Assembly: GCA_963777315.1 (NCBI GenBank)
Contig: CAVZQC010000004.1
Coordinates: 1-64,000, forward strand
DNA: 64,000 nucleotides
Direction: 5' to 3'
Origin: Vulcanimicrobiota bacterium
GTDB lineage: Bacteria > Vulcanimicrobiota > Vulcanimicrobiia > Vulcanimicrobiales > Vulcanimicrobiaceae
How positions within the stretch are numbered: position 1 is the first letter of the stretch; every line of letters starts with the position of its first letter. The notes under the pieces were generated by a model, which saw only the letters and a program-made list of their open reading frames with translations, made no database searches and was not told where the DNA came from. This document shows, piece after piece, positions 18,889-28,834 of the stretch. The translations under genes were made by a program, and so were the position numbers.

Positions 18889-21063
18889 GTGTCGAAGAGA
18901 CAAAGAATGATCCTCGAGACCGAAGTCCTTAACGACGTACAATCTGCCGCCGTTCGCCACGCGAATGGCCCGTGTCTGATATTTGCCGGTGCAGGCAGCG
19001 GAAAAACGCGCGTGCTTACGCATCGCATTGCATATTTGCTCGAAGAGCTCGACGTTGCGCCCGACCGTATTTTGGCCGTAACGTTCACGAACAAAGCTGC
19101 CGGCGAAATGAAGACGCGCTTGGAGCGCATGGTCGGAAACGCCGCGCGCGATTTGTGGGTCGGCACGTTTCACTCGATGTGCGTGCGAATGTTGCGCCGC
19201 GACGGCCGCCGCATCGGCATCGCAGCCAATTTTGCGATCATCGACGACGCCGATCAGCGTTCGCTGGTCAAGGACATTCTTTCCGATTTGGATTACGACG
19301 AGCGCCAGCTCACGCCCGGCGCATGCCTTGCGGAAATCAGCAAAGCCAAGAACGCGCTCGTGTGGCCGGAAGCCTATCATCAGAAGAACGCTTCCTTTTT
19401 GGGCGAACGCTACGGCAACGTCTACGCGGAGTACCAGCGCCGTCTCTCCGAGTCCAACAGTTTGGACTTCGACGATCTCATCGTGCGCACGATCGATCTC
19501 TTCGAGAAAGACGAACCGACCCGCACGAAATGGCAGAAGCGTTTTCAGTACATCCTGGTTGATGAGTATCAGGACGTCAATTTCGCGCAGTACCGCCTCA
19601 TTGCAATCTTGGGCGAAAAGCACAAGAACGTCACGGTCGTCGGCGACGACGACCAATCGATCTACTCCTGGCGCGGCAGCGACTACCGCATGATCCTGCG
19701 CTTCGAGCAGGATTTTCCCGGCGCGAAGATCTTCACGCTCGAAGAAAACTATCGCAGCACCCAGACGATTCTCGATGCCGCCAACACGCTGGTCGGCAAT
19801 AACAAGACGCGGCAGGCCAAGAACCTGTTCACCAAGCGCGCGCAGGGTGATAAGATCACGGCGTTCGGCGCCGATACCGAACGGTCCGAGGCGCGGTACG
19901 TCGTTGAAAAAGTCAAAGAACTCGTGCGCGAAGGCTCCGCGTATCGCGACTTCCTGGTTCTCTATCGCACCAATGCGCAGTCGCGCGTGTTCGAGGAAGC
20001 GCTCATTGCCGAAGGTATTCCATATCGCGTCGTCGGCGGCGTCGGTTTCTACGCGCGCGCCGAAATCAAAGACGTGGTCGCGTACCTGCGGTACATCGAA
20101 AATCCGTCCGATGCGCTGGCATTCAAGCGGATCGTCAACGTTCCGCGCCGCAGCATCGGTCAGCAGACGCTCGCGAGTTTGGTTGCTGCCGCCGGGCAGG
20201 CCGGGATGTCGGTCGGCCAAGCCGTTTTCGACAAAGACCTGCTCAAGAAGGCCGTTCCCAAGAAGACCAAGGAACTCGAACGATTCGCTGAGCTGATCGA
20301 AACCCTGCGCGATCGCGCCAAGGACTACTCCATTGCGGATCTGCTCGTGGCGGTGATGGAGGAATCCGGCTACGTTCGCGAACTGCGCGCAGAGGATACC
20401 GCCGATGCCCGCACGCGCCTGGAAAACCTGCAAGAGCTCGTCGGTGTGGCGCGCGAGTACGAGCAAAACGAACCCGAGGCTACGCTGTCGGCGTTTTTGG
20501 CCAACATCGCGCTCATCAGCGATCTCGATGCGCTGGACTCCGAATCGTCATACGTGACTTTGATGACGCTGCACGGCGCCAAGGGTTTGGAATTTCAAAA
20601 CGTGTTCCTCACCGGGCTGGAAGAAGGCGTCTTTCCGCATTCGCGCGCGCTCGTCGACATGACCGAATTGGAAGAAGAGCGCCGGCTGGCATACGTAGGC
20701 GTTACGCGCGCTATGGACCGGCTGTTCTTCTCGTATGCCGAGCGGCGCACGCTTTTCGGTAATACGTTTGCGCATCCCAAGTCGCGCTTCTTAGAGGAAA
20801 TGCCCGACATCGAGATGCTCGGGGGCGTCGTGCTGCCGCGTCCGGCGGGCGGCCGCTGGCGCGAAGTTTCGATTCACGAGACTGCCGGCGCCGGCATAAA
20901 GATGAATCTGCAAAAGGGCGATCGCGTGCGGCATCCCAAATGGGGTGAGGGCACGATCGGCGACGTCGTCGGAGCGGGCGGCGACGGACTGGTGACGATC
21001 GACTTTCCGAACGTCGGACAGAAGATGGTCATGCTCAAATACGCGCCGCTGGAAAAAGTCTAA
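18889..21063 (+). CDS. pcrA: ATP-dependent DNA helicase PcrA/UvrD
   Basis: AGAGSGKT, TFTNKAA, VDEYQD, LEENYRS, TLHGAKGLEF, EERRLAYVGVTRA, C-terminal GDRVRHPKWGEG. Confidence 0.97.
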   Translation: MSKRQRMILETEVLNDVQSAAVRHANGPCLIFAGAGSGKTRVLTHRIAYLLEELDVAPDRILAVTFTNKAAGEMKTRLERMVGNAARDLWVGTFHSMCVRMLRRDGRRIGIAANFAIIDDADQRSLVKDILSDLDYDERQLTPGACLAEISKAKNALVWPEAYHQKNASFLGERYGNVYAEYQRRLSESNSLDFDDLIVRTIDLFEKDEPTRTKWQKRFQYILVDEYQDVNFAQYRLIAILGEKHKNVTVVGDDDQSIYSWRGSDYRMILRFEQDFPGAKIFTLEENYRSTQTILDAANTLVGNNKTRQAKNLFTKRAQGDKITAFGADTERSEARYVVEKVKELVREGSAYRDFLVLYRTNAQSRVFEEALIAEGIPYRVVGGVGFYARAEIKDVVAYLRYIENPSDALAFKRIVNVPRRSIGQQTLASLVAAAGQAGMSVGQAVFDKDLLKKAVPKKTKELERFAELIETLRDRAKDYSIADLLVAVMEESGYVRELRAEDTADARTRLENLQELVGVAREYEQNEPEATLSAFLANIALISDLDALDSESSYVTLMTLHGAKGLEFQNVFLTGLEEGVFPHSRALVDMTELEEERRLAYVGVTRAMDRLFFSYAERRTLFGNTFAHPKSRFLEEMPDIEMLGGVVLPRPAGGRWREVSIHETAGAGIKMNLQKGDRVRHPKWGEGTIGDVVGAGGDGLVTIDFPNVGQKMVMLKYAPLEKV

Positions 21064-21091
21064 GCCGGACATCGCGGCACCGACGGGGCAC

Positions 21092-21787
21092 GTGCTCAAA
21101 GTCGCCGTTTCAGGCGTGCTTGGACGCATGGGGCGGCTCGCGCGCGAAACGGTCAGCTCCGCAGCGGACATGCAGTACGCGGGCGGATTCGCGCGCACGG
21201 CAGCACCGAACGAGGCCATTGACGACGACGTGCGCCGGCTGCTTGCGCACGAGCGTCCCAACGTGCTGATCGATTTCACCGCTCGTCCTGCCACGCAGCA
21301 ATGCGCGCGCGCTGCAGTGGAGGCAGGCGTCCGCCCAGTCATCGGTTCGAGCGAATGGAATGAAAGCGAACGCGAAGAGCTGAGCGCGCTGTGCGATCGG
21401 CACGGCGTTGGAGCGCTGCTGGTTCCCAACTTTGCGATCGGCGCCGTGCTGATGATGCGCTTTGCCCGTCAAGCGGCGGCATTTTTCCCCAGCGTCGAGA
21501 TCGTCGAAATGCACCGTCGGGAAAAGCGCGACAAGCCCAGCGCAACCGCAACCGCAACCGCAGCGGAGATCCGCCTTGGCGGAGGACCCGCGGCCGTGCC
21601 GATACACAGCATGCGGCTGCAGGGAGCGCTCGCGCACCAGCAGGTCGTGTTCGGCGGCGCAGGCGAGTTGCTGACAATCGGCCACGATTCTCTCTCGCGC
21701 GACTCGTTTGCGGCCGGCATTCTGCTCGCGCTGCGCAACGTAGATCGCTGCACCGGCTTGCAGATCGGTTTGGAGTCCCTGCTGTGA
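21092..21787 (+). CDS. dapB: 4-hydroxy-tetrahydrodipicolinate reductase
   Basis: GVLGRMG, IDFT, PNFAIG, EIVEMHRREKRDKPSATA. Confidence 0.9.
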   Translation: MLKVAVSGVLGRMGRLARETVSSAADMQYAGGFARTAAPNEAIDDDVRRLLAHERPNVLIDFTARPATQQCARAAVEAGVRPVIGSSEWNESEREELSALCDRHGVGALLVPNFAIGAVLMMRFARQAAAFFPSVEIVEMHRREKRDKPSATATATAAEIRLGGGPAAVPIHSMRLQGALAHQQVVFGGAGELLTIGHDSLSRDSFAAGILLALRNVDRCTGLQIGLESLL

Positions 21788-22704
21788 ACGTCGCCGTCGT
21801 GGGCGCAACGGGGCTCGTCGGCGAAACGATCGTTCGCGTCTTGCGCGAGCGCAACGTGCCCGTGAGCAGCATCGGGCTGTTCGCTTCACGGCCGCGCGAC
21901 GGCGTACGCGCCACGACACCGCAAGCGCTGCAAGAGTACGGTGCCGTTTTTTTCGCGAGTTCGGAAGACGCGAGCAGCCGGTACGCGCCCGCGATTGTGC
22001 AGCGCGGCGCCGTCGTGATCGACAACGGCGACACGTTTCGCATGCGCGCGGACGTTCCGCTCATCGTGCCCGAAATCAACGCGTACGCGATGCTGCCCGA
22101 ACAGCGGCTCTTTCCGGTGGGGAACTGCACGGCCATCATTCTGTGCGTGGCGCTCGCGCCGATTCGCGATACGGCCGGACTGCGCAGCGTGCGCGTGGCG
22201 ACGTATCAAGCCGTCAGCGGCGCGGGCCGCGCGGCGCTCGAAACGTTCGATCGCGGGCAAGGCAACGTCGTCGGCAACGCCGTGCCCCAGATCGGTCCGC
22301 TTGACGACGACGGCGAGAGCGGCGAAGAGCGGAAAGTGCGCGACGAAACGCGCAAAGTGCTCGAGTTGCCGGAGTTGCCTGTATTCGTTACCGCCGTTCG
22401 CGTGCCGGTGCGCACGGCACACTCCGAAGCGGTCTTCGTGGAAACCCAGCGCGAGACGTCGCTGCAAGAACTGGCGCAGGCGTTCGAACGCGCCGCGGGT
22501 GTGGTGTTTCATCGCAGCGGCGCGGTCACACCGCGCGACGTGGAAGGCACCGACATGGTGCACGTTGCTCGACTGCGCGCCTGTGGGGCCAACCCGGGAC
22601 GCTCGTTCCAGATGTGGATCGCCGGCGATCAATTGCGCAAAGGCGCGGCGACCAACGGCGTGCAGATATTGGAGCTGTTTCTCGCCCGGCAGAAGACCGC
22701 ATGA
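21784..22704 (+). CDS. asd: aspartate-semialdehyde dehydrogenase
   Basis: GTG overlaps the dapB stop; VAVVGATGLVG, VPLIVPEIN, GNCT, YQAVSGAG, VRVPV, DQLRKGAATN. Confidence 0.93.
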   Translation: MNVAVVGATGLVGETIVRVLRERNVPVSSIGLFASRPRDGVRATTPQALQEYGAVFFASSEDASSRYAPAIVQRGAVVIDNGDTFRMRADVPLIVPEINAYAMLPEQRLFPVGNCTAIILCVALAPIRDTAGLRSVRVATYQAVSGAGRAALETFDRGQGNVVGNAVPQIGPLDDDGESGEERKVRDETRKVLELPELPVFVTAVRVPVRTAHSEAVFVETQRETSLQELAQAFERAAGVVFHRSGAVTPRDVEGTDMVHVARLRACGANPGRSFQMWIAGDQLRKGAATNGVQILELFLARQKTA

Positions 22705-23917
22705 GTACGATTGTCGTGCTCAAGTTCGGAGGCACGTCGCTGGCGACTCCGCAAGTACGCGCGCTGGCCGTTTCGCGCGTGCGCGAAGAGTGCGACCGCG
22801 GGCACGCGGTGGTAGCGGTCGCTTCGGCAATGGGGCGCGCACCGGACCCGTACGCCACCGACACGCTGCTTTCGCTCATCGGCGGTCGCGGGGGTACGCG
22901 CACCAGCGATGCGCTGCTCGCTTGCGGAGAGATCGTGTCGGCGTGCGTATTTGCCGATGCGCTCGAACAGGCGGGTCTCCACGCGCTTTCGCTGACCGGC
23001 GCGCAAGCCGGCATCGTCAATCGGGGCAATCACGGCGACGCGCAGATTCTGCGCGTCGAGCCGGCGCGCGTCCGTCAAGCGATAGACGAAGGTTCGATCC
23101 CGGTGATTGCCGGCTTTCAAGGATTGAGCGAAAGCGGTGACGTCACTACGTTGGGCCGCGGCGGAACCGATTTGACGGCGATTGCAATTGGGCACGCCCT
23201 CGAAGCCGAGCGCGTCGACATTTATACCGACGTAGACGGCGCGATGACGGCCGATCCGCAGCGGATTTCCGGTGCGCATACGATCGCGCGCGCCAGCTGG
23301 AAGAGATGACCGAACTGGCACAGCACGGAGCCAAAGTCATGCACCACAAGGCTGCCGATTTTGCGCAGCGCAATGCGACGCCGTACGCGATCAAAGGATT
23401 GCGCACCGGCGCCGGCACCGTAATCGACGAATCCGTCGAGCACGAAAAGCCCGTAACGGGCGTCACGGCGTCCGGGCGCGTGACGTGGATTCGCGTCATT
23501 CGCGGCGATATCGAACACGCCCGGCGGCGCATGCAGGTCGAGCTGCAGATGTTCGCGCGCATCGCCGACGCGGGCGTCTCCATCGACCAGGTGACGATCA
23601 ATCAAGCCGGAGTGATGTTCGTGGTGGAAGGCGATCGCGGCGGCGAAATTCGCACGCTGCTCGGAGACCTGAATTTGGCGGTGCGCGTGCGTGAAGGATG
23701 CTGCAAACTGTCGGTCGTCGGCGCGGCAATGCGGCATACGCCCGGAGTAGTACGCGATATCGTTCGAGCGCTCTCGGCCGCCGACGTCGAAATCATTCAT
23801 TGCACCGACAGCAGCATTACGGTCTCGGTCCTGGTGCCTTCGCAGGACGCTCAGCGCGCCGAGCAAGCCGTGCACGACCGCTTTCATTTGGCGCAGATCC
23901 CCGGGGAAACCGCATGA
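22701..23917 (+). CDS. dapG: aspartate kinase, DapG-like (frameshift near 23298, probably a sequencing error)
   Basis: KFGGTS, SAMGRAPDPYATDTLL, TTLGRGGTD, YTDVDG; continues in a second frame with ELAQHGAKVMH and ACT domains. Confidence 0.88.
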
Positions 23918-24807
23918 ACGCTCTGGGCACGATCGTAACCGCGATGGTCACGCCGTTCGACGCGCGCGGCGAGATCGACATGCAGGAGGCGGCGCATCTG
24001 GCGCTGTGGCTGGTCGCCCGCCAGAACGACGCGCTTGTGGTTGCAGGGTCCACCGGCGAGGGCCAAACGCTTACGCGATCGGAGCGTGCGGCGTTGTTTA
24101 CCGCGGTCAAACAGGCCGTCGGCGCTCGCGCGCGGGTCATCGCGAACGCCGGAACCAACGATACGCGCGAGTCGGCCTCGCTGGCCGTCGACGCCGAAAA
24201 GGCCTGCGCGGATGCAATTTTGGCCGTCGTTCCGTACTACAACAAACCCACGCAGAGCGGCATGCTCGCGCACTTCGGGCACATCGCCGACGCGACGACT
24301 CTGCCCGTCATCGTTTACAATATCCCTGGACGAACCGGCGTCAACATGCTGCCCGAAACGCTGCTCGAACTGGCGCGCCGGCATCCCAACGTAGCGGGCG
24401 TCAAAGAGTCCAGCGGCGATCTGCTGCAAATCGGTACGATTCTGTCGCTGCGTCCCGCGCAGTTCGCGGTTTTTTCCGGCGACGATTATTTGTTTTTGCC
24501 GTGCTTGGCAATGGGAGCCGACGGCGTAGTTGGGGTGGCCTCGCACCTTTGCTCGCCCCAGTACGCGGCGATGGTCGCCGCCTTTCGCAATGGAAATGCT
24601 GCAGAAGCTGCCCGCATTCATCTCTCGCTGCTGCCGCTGATGCGCGGGTTGTTTGCGACCACGAACCCGATCGCGGTGAAGTGGGCCATGCGCGCTCTGG
24701 GATTCAGCGTGGGGCAGTGTCGGCTGCCGCTGGACGGCATGCCCGACTCGCTCGCTCGCGAGCTGCTGCCGATCGTCGAACGCTACCGAGAACCTGCCGT
24801 CCTTTGA
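23914..24807 (+). CDS. dapA: 4-hydroxy-tetrahydrodipicolinate synthase
   Basis: TAMVTPF, GSTGE, PYYNKP, YNIPGRT, GVKES, TNPIAVK. Confidence 0.96.
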   Translation: MNALGTIVTAMVTPFDARGEIDMQEAAHLALWLVARQNDALVVAGSTGEGQTLTRSERAALFTAVKQAVGARARVIANAGTNDTRESASLAVDAEKACADAILAVVPYYNKPTQSGMLAHFGHIADATTLPVIVYNIPGRTGVNMLPETLLELARRHPNVAGVKESSGDLLQIGTILSLRPAQFAVFSGDDYLFLPCLAMGADGVVGVASHLCSPQYAAMVAAFRNGNAAEAARIHLSLLPLMRGLFATTNPIAVKWAMRALGFSVGQCRLPLDGMPDSLARELLPIVERYREPAVL

Positions 24808-25562
24808 GCCCGCCTGCATCGCTGGAGATCTTGGGGTGCCGGCTCGACGTGCTCGATGCGGATGCGGCTGCCGACGCGATACTGCGGCTTGCGGACCGCG
24901 GCGCCGGCGCCCAAGTCGTTACGTTGGGCACGGAAATGGTCGTCCACGCGCACGGCGATCCGCAGTACCGGGCCGTGCTCAACGCGTGCGCGATTTCGCT
25001 GTGTGATACGGTGGGACTGCTGGCCGTCGCGCGCTTGCAAGGAGCGCAATTGCACGGACGCGTGAGCGGCGTGGAGATGATCGAGCATCTCTGCGCGCGG
25101 GCGGCTCGCGAAGGCATCGCGGTATTTCTATTCGGCGGCGCCGCGAACGTCGCGCAAGAAGCTGCGCGCGCGCTGCAGCTGCGCTATCCCGGTTTGCGGG
25201 TCGCCGGGACCAGGAACGGATACTTTGCGCCGCAAGAATCGAACGAAATTGCGCAGCAGATCCGTCACAGCGGGGCGCAGCTGTTGTTCGTAGGGATCGG
25301 CTTTCCGCGCCAGGAGTTCTGGCTTGCGCAGTACTTGCCGCAAACGGGATGCGGCGCGGGCATCGGAGTCGGCGGCTCGTTCGACGTCATCAGCGGAAAA
25401 CTGCCGCGCGCGCCGGGGGTGTGGCGTCGCTTGGGTTTGGAATGGCTGTACCGCCTGTTCAAAGAACCGTACCGCTGGCGCAGGCAGCTGGCGCTGCCGC
25501 GCTTTGTGCTGCTGGTGGCGCTTGACGGCGTGCGTTCGCGCTTTGCGAAGGGAAAGACGTAG
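24804..25562 (+). CDS. WecB/TagA/CpsF-family glycosyltransferase
   Basis: TTG overlaps the dapA stop; RVSGVE, GIGFPRQEFW, GVGGSFDV, LGLEWLYRL. Confidence 0.93.
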   Translation: MSPPASLEILGCRLDVLDADAAADAILRLADRGAGAQVVTLGTEMVVHAHGDPQYRAVLNACAISLCDTVGLLAVARLQGAQLHGRVSGVEMIEHLCARAAREGIAVFLFGGAANVAQEAARALQLRYPGLRVAGTRNGYFAPQESNEIAQQIRHSGAQLLFVGIGFPRQEFWLAQYLPQTGCGAGIGVGGSFDVISGKLPRAPGVWRRLGLEWLYRLFKEPYRWRRQLALPRFVLLVALDGVRSRFAKGKT

Positions 25563-25565
25563 GCG

Positions 25566-26564
25566 ATGAGAGCGATGATCTTGGCGGGTGGTTTGAGCAC
25601 TCGGCTCTATCCGCTGACCAAACAAGTGCCCAAGCCGTTGGTCCCTGTGATCGGGCAGCCCAACGCTGTGCACGTGATCCGCTATCTCAAATCGTACGGC
25701 TTCGATGAGATCGCGATCAACGTGCATTATCTGCCCGACATGATCCTTGCCGCGCTCGGCGACGGCTCACAGTTCGGCGTGCGCCTGGAATACCTGCACG
25801 AAAACGCGTTGCTGGGCAGTGCCGGCGCGGTCGAACAGATGCGCGCGTATCTCCACGGCGGTCCTTTCGTCGTGGTCGGATGCGATGATTTGACGGATCT
25901 GCCGCTGGACGATCTGCTCGAATTCCACGCGCGCACAAAAGCGCTCGCGACGATCGGTCTGGTCGAACGCGAGAAGGTGGATCAATACGGCGTCGTGGTA
26001 ACCGGCGCCGATGGCAGGATCACGGGCTTTCAGGAAAAGCCCGCTGCAGGCACCGAGCGCAGCAAGCTCGTCAATACCGGCATTTACGCCTTCACTCCGG
26101 AAATCTTCGCGCACATTCCGGCCGGCGTGTTTTACGATTTCGGCAAGAACGTGTTTCCCTCGCTGCAGCAAGCCGGGGAAGCGTTTTACGGTTTCGATGC
26201 GCGCGGTGCATATTGGTGCGACATCGGCACGCCCGACGAATACAGACGTGCGACCAACGACATCCTGCGCGGTACCTTTGCCATCCCGGGTGAAACCCGG
26301 CTGACCTGCGACGTGTGGACCGCTCCGGACGCCGCCGTCGCGCCCGATGCAGCGATCGTAGGGCCATCGGTGGTCGGCGGCGGTGTGGAGATCGGCGCGG
26401 GCGCACGCGTCGAGCGTTCGATCGTGTGGCAAGGTTCGCGCATTGGTTCGGGAGCGCTGGTTCGCGATGCGATTGTCGGGATGGACTATACGGTTGCGCC
26501 GGGCGCGGTGCTGGACGGCGTCATAGTAGCGAACGAACCGGACGCGACGCCGGCGTGGCTTTAA
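25566..26564 (+). CDS. NDP-sugar synthase / nucleotidyltransferase (second paralog)
   Basis: MILAGGLSTRLYPLT...PKPL, LGSAG, FQEKP, VNTGIY, WCDIGT. Confidence 0.92.
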   Translation: MRAMILAGGLSTRLYPLTKQVPKPLVPVIGQPNAVHVIRYLKSYGFDEIAINVHYLPDMILAALGDGSQFGVRLEYLHENALLGSAGAVEQMRAYLHGGPFVVVGCDDLTDLPLDDLLEFHARTKALATIGLVEREKVDQYGVVVTGADGRITGFQEKPAAGTERSKLVNTGIYAFTPEIFAHIPAGVFYDFGKNVFPSLQQAGEAFYGFDARGAYWCDIGTPDEYRRATNDILRGTFAIPGETRLTCDVWTAPDAAVAPDAAIVGPSVVGGGVEIGAGARVERSIVWQGSRIGSGALVRDAIVGMDYTVAPGAVLDGVIVANEPDATPAWL

Positions 26565-27807
26565 GTTCGAACAGCTTGCGCTGCAGAAAAGCGCGTTCCG
26601 AATCATTGCCGCACAGCTCGAGCGCGCGCCGATAGGCCCGGGCGGCTTCCTCGAACCGATCCAGAAGCTCGAGCGCCCAGGCACGTGCGGCGTGCACGTA
26701 ATGATAGCGTGCAGCTTCCTGCGTGCGTGCCAGCGGATCCAGGCGAAGCAGAGCGAGGTGAGGGCCGAATGCGAATCCATGCGCGACGGCAGCATTGACC
26801 TCGACCGCGAAGCTGGGCGAGACCGAGCGCAGGCGATCGTACGAGGCCGCTATGGCTTTCCAATCGATCCGATCGAAACTGTCGGCGCGAACGTGTTCGG
26901 CCGCGATGGACGCTTCCAGGACGAACTGGCCTGTAACGCCGTGACGCTGCGCCCGATCGTAGAGCATGAACGCCGCTGCAATTTCATCGCATTTCCATTG
27001 AGCGCGATCTTGGCGTTCCAGCGGAACGAGTTCGCCTGCGGCGCTTACGCGCGCGTCACGGCGAGCGTGCACCAGCAGCAGCAAAGCGTTGAGCGCGAGC
27101 GCCTCCGGCTCGTCCGGCATGAGCGCGCTAAGGGTGTGCGCGAGATACATCGCCTCCTCGCAAAGGTCCGTGCGCACCAAATCGGTTCCGGACGAAGCGG
27201 CATAACCCGCATTGAAGATCGCGTAAACGACGCCGAGCACAACGCTCAGCCGCAACGGCAACTGCGCCGCACTCGGTATGACGAACGGAATGCGAGCCTG
27301 CGCGATTTTGCGCTTGGCGCGAACCAGACGCTGCGCAACGGTGGGCTCGGGTTCGATGAGCGCGGACGCGATTTGGGCGGTCGAAAGTCCGCACAGGGCG
27401 CGCAAAATGAGTGCGACCTGGGCTTGCTCCGCGAGTGACGGATGGCAGCACGCGAAGATCAGGTTGAGGCGATCGTCGGCGATCACGGGTTCTTCGAGCT
27501 CCTGCGGCGATGCGATGTTGCTCTGCGCGAGCGCCGCCAGCTTCGCGCGGCCGCTTTGCTCGCGGCGCAGCCGGTCGATGAGCGCGCGCTTGGCGGTCGT
27601 AAAGATCCAAGCAGATAAGTTGGGTGGAAGCGGATTGCGTTCGAAATGCGAGAGCGCGATGACGTACGCGTCCTGCACGGCATCCTCGGCGACTTGCAGG
27701 TCGCCGAAGATGCGGGCCAGGGTTGCAACGGCGCGCGCAGCTTCATGCCCGAACGTGCGCGCAAGCGCATCAGTTGTCGGCGACGGGCCTGACTTCAACG
27801 GATCCAT
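26521..27807 (-). CDS. ECF sigma factor with C-terminal TPR extension (YCII-associated, ECF42-like)
   Basis: AEDAVQDA, DDRLNLIFACCHPSL, VAQRLVRAKRKI; start uncertain. Confidence 0.9.
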   Translation of the reverse strand: MDPLKSGPSPTTDALARTFGHEAARAVATLARIFGDLQVAEDAVQDAYVIALSHFERNPLPPNLSAWIFTTAKRALIDRLRREQSGRAKLAALAQSNIASPQELEEPVIADDRLNLIFACCHPSLAEQAQVALILRALCGLSTAQIASALIEPEPTVAQRLVRAKRKIAQARIPFVIPSAAQLPLRLSVVLGVVYAIFNAGYAASSGTDLVRTDLCEEAMYLAHTLSALMPDEPEALALNALLLLVHARRDARVSAAGELVPLERQDRAQWKCDEIAAAFMLYDRAQRHGVTGQFVLEASIAAEHVRADSFDRIDWKAIAASYDRLRSVSPSFAVEVNAAVAHGFAFGPHLALLRLDPLARTQEAARYHYVHAARAWALELLDRFEEAARAYRRALELCGNDSERAFLQRKLFELKATPASRPVRSLL

Positions 27808-28117
27808 CCCGCGCGCCGGGAATCTGCGCGGCCCAGTCCAAGGCTTCGTCCAGATTGTTGCACTGCAGCTCGTAAAAGCCGCCTAGTATCTCTTTGGTTT
27901 CGGCAAACGGACCGTCGGCGACGAGGCGTTTTCCGCCTTTCACGCGCACCGTGGTCGCCGCACCGGCAGGCGCAAGGCGTGCGCCGCCGGTCACGACGCC
28001 TGCGGCTTGGGCCCGCTCGGTGAAGGTGGAGTACTCTTTAAAGAGAGCGTCGGCGTCGGCGTCGGGCATGTTCTCAAAGAGGCCGGCCGGATTGTAGATC
28101 AGGGCGATATATTTCAT
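27770..28117 (-). CDS. YCII/DGPF-family protein
   Basis: MKYIALIY...DGPFAETKEILGGFY...VEVRP. Confidence 0.93.
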   Translation of the reverse strand: MKYIALIYNPAGLFENMPDADADALFKEYSTFTERAQAAGVVTGGARLAPAGAATTVRVKGGKRLVADGPFAETKEILGGFYELQCNNLDEALDWAAQIPGARDGSVEVRPVADN

Positions 28118-28236
28118 ATGGAATCTCCTCTCGTGCGGTGTTTCGTACCATAGACGAATGGAAATCGCGAGGATCGACACGCGCAAGAAAAAAACTGCGC
28201 TCTTGCTTCCCGCGCGGCCCGCCGTGATTGGCCGCC

Positions 28237-28824
28237 ATGGTGTTCCGCCAAGTCGTCGACTTACTTTTTACGCCGCAATGCGCCGGCTGCGGCGCGGTGG
28301 GAACGGGGGCGTGCAAACGATGTTTGCCGCTCGGCGCAGGCCGCAGCTCGCGCCTCAAGACGCTTGAGGTGACGGCGCTGGGCGCATACGACGGCACGCT
28401 ACGGTCGATCGTCCTGGCGCTCAAAAGCGGACGCCGCGACGTTGCGCGTGCGGCAGCGGAGCGGCTCGCGCACGTCGTGCCCTCGCGCGGCATACTCGTT
28501 CCCGTCCCCACAACCGCAGCACGCCGCCGTCAGCGCGGGTTCGACGGATGCGAGTTGATCGTGCGGCTGATTGCCGCGGGCAACGAAGCGTCGGAATGTA
28601 GTGGTCTTGTGCAGGTTCGCGGCGACCGCCAGCGCGGGCGCGGACGCCAAGCCCGCTTGGCCGCGCACGGGCGCTTCGCATGGCGCGGGTGCGACGTCGC
28701 GGGGCGGCGGCTCATATTGCTCGACGACGTCGTAACCACCGGAGCAACGCTCGAGGACTGCGCGTCGACCTTGCGCGCGGCAGGCGCATGCGTCGAACAG
28801 GCAATTGTGTTAGCCAGAGCCTAA
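28237..28824 (+). CDS. comF: ComF-family phosphoribosyltransferase-like protein
   Basis: CAGC/CKRC zinc site, LVPVP, RGFD, LLDDVVTTGATL. Confidence 0.88.
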   Translation: MVFRQVVDLLFTPQCAGCGAVGTGACKRCLPLGAGRSSRLKTLEVTALGAYDGTLRSIVLALKSGRRDVARAAAERLAHVVPSRGILVPVPTTAARRRQRGFDGCELIVRLIAAGNEASECSGLVQVRGDRQRGRGRQARLAAHGRFAWRGCDVAGRRLILLDDVVTTGATLEDCASTLRAAGACVEQAIVLARA

Positions 28825-28834
28825 TAGTCTTGGG

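Noticed and set aside
21541..21562. CGCAAC tandem repeat in dapB
   Set aside because: Simply encodes ATATATA; in-frame 6-nt unit with no sign of phase variation
23290..23310. Programmed frameshift or alpha/beta split of the aspartokinase
   Set aside because: No slippery sequence, and the break falls inside the kinase domain rather than at the ACT boundary; an error is more likely
24006..25562. 518-aa ORF, and similar N-terminal over-extensions of asd, dapA, purL, GH35 and guaA
   Set aside because: High-GC open shadows; the real starts overlap the upstream stop codons
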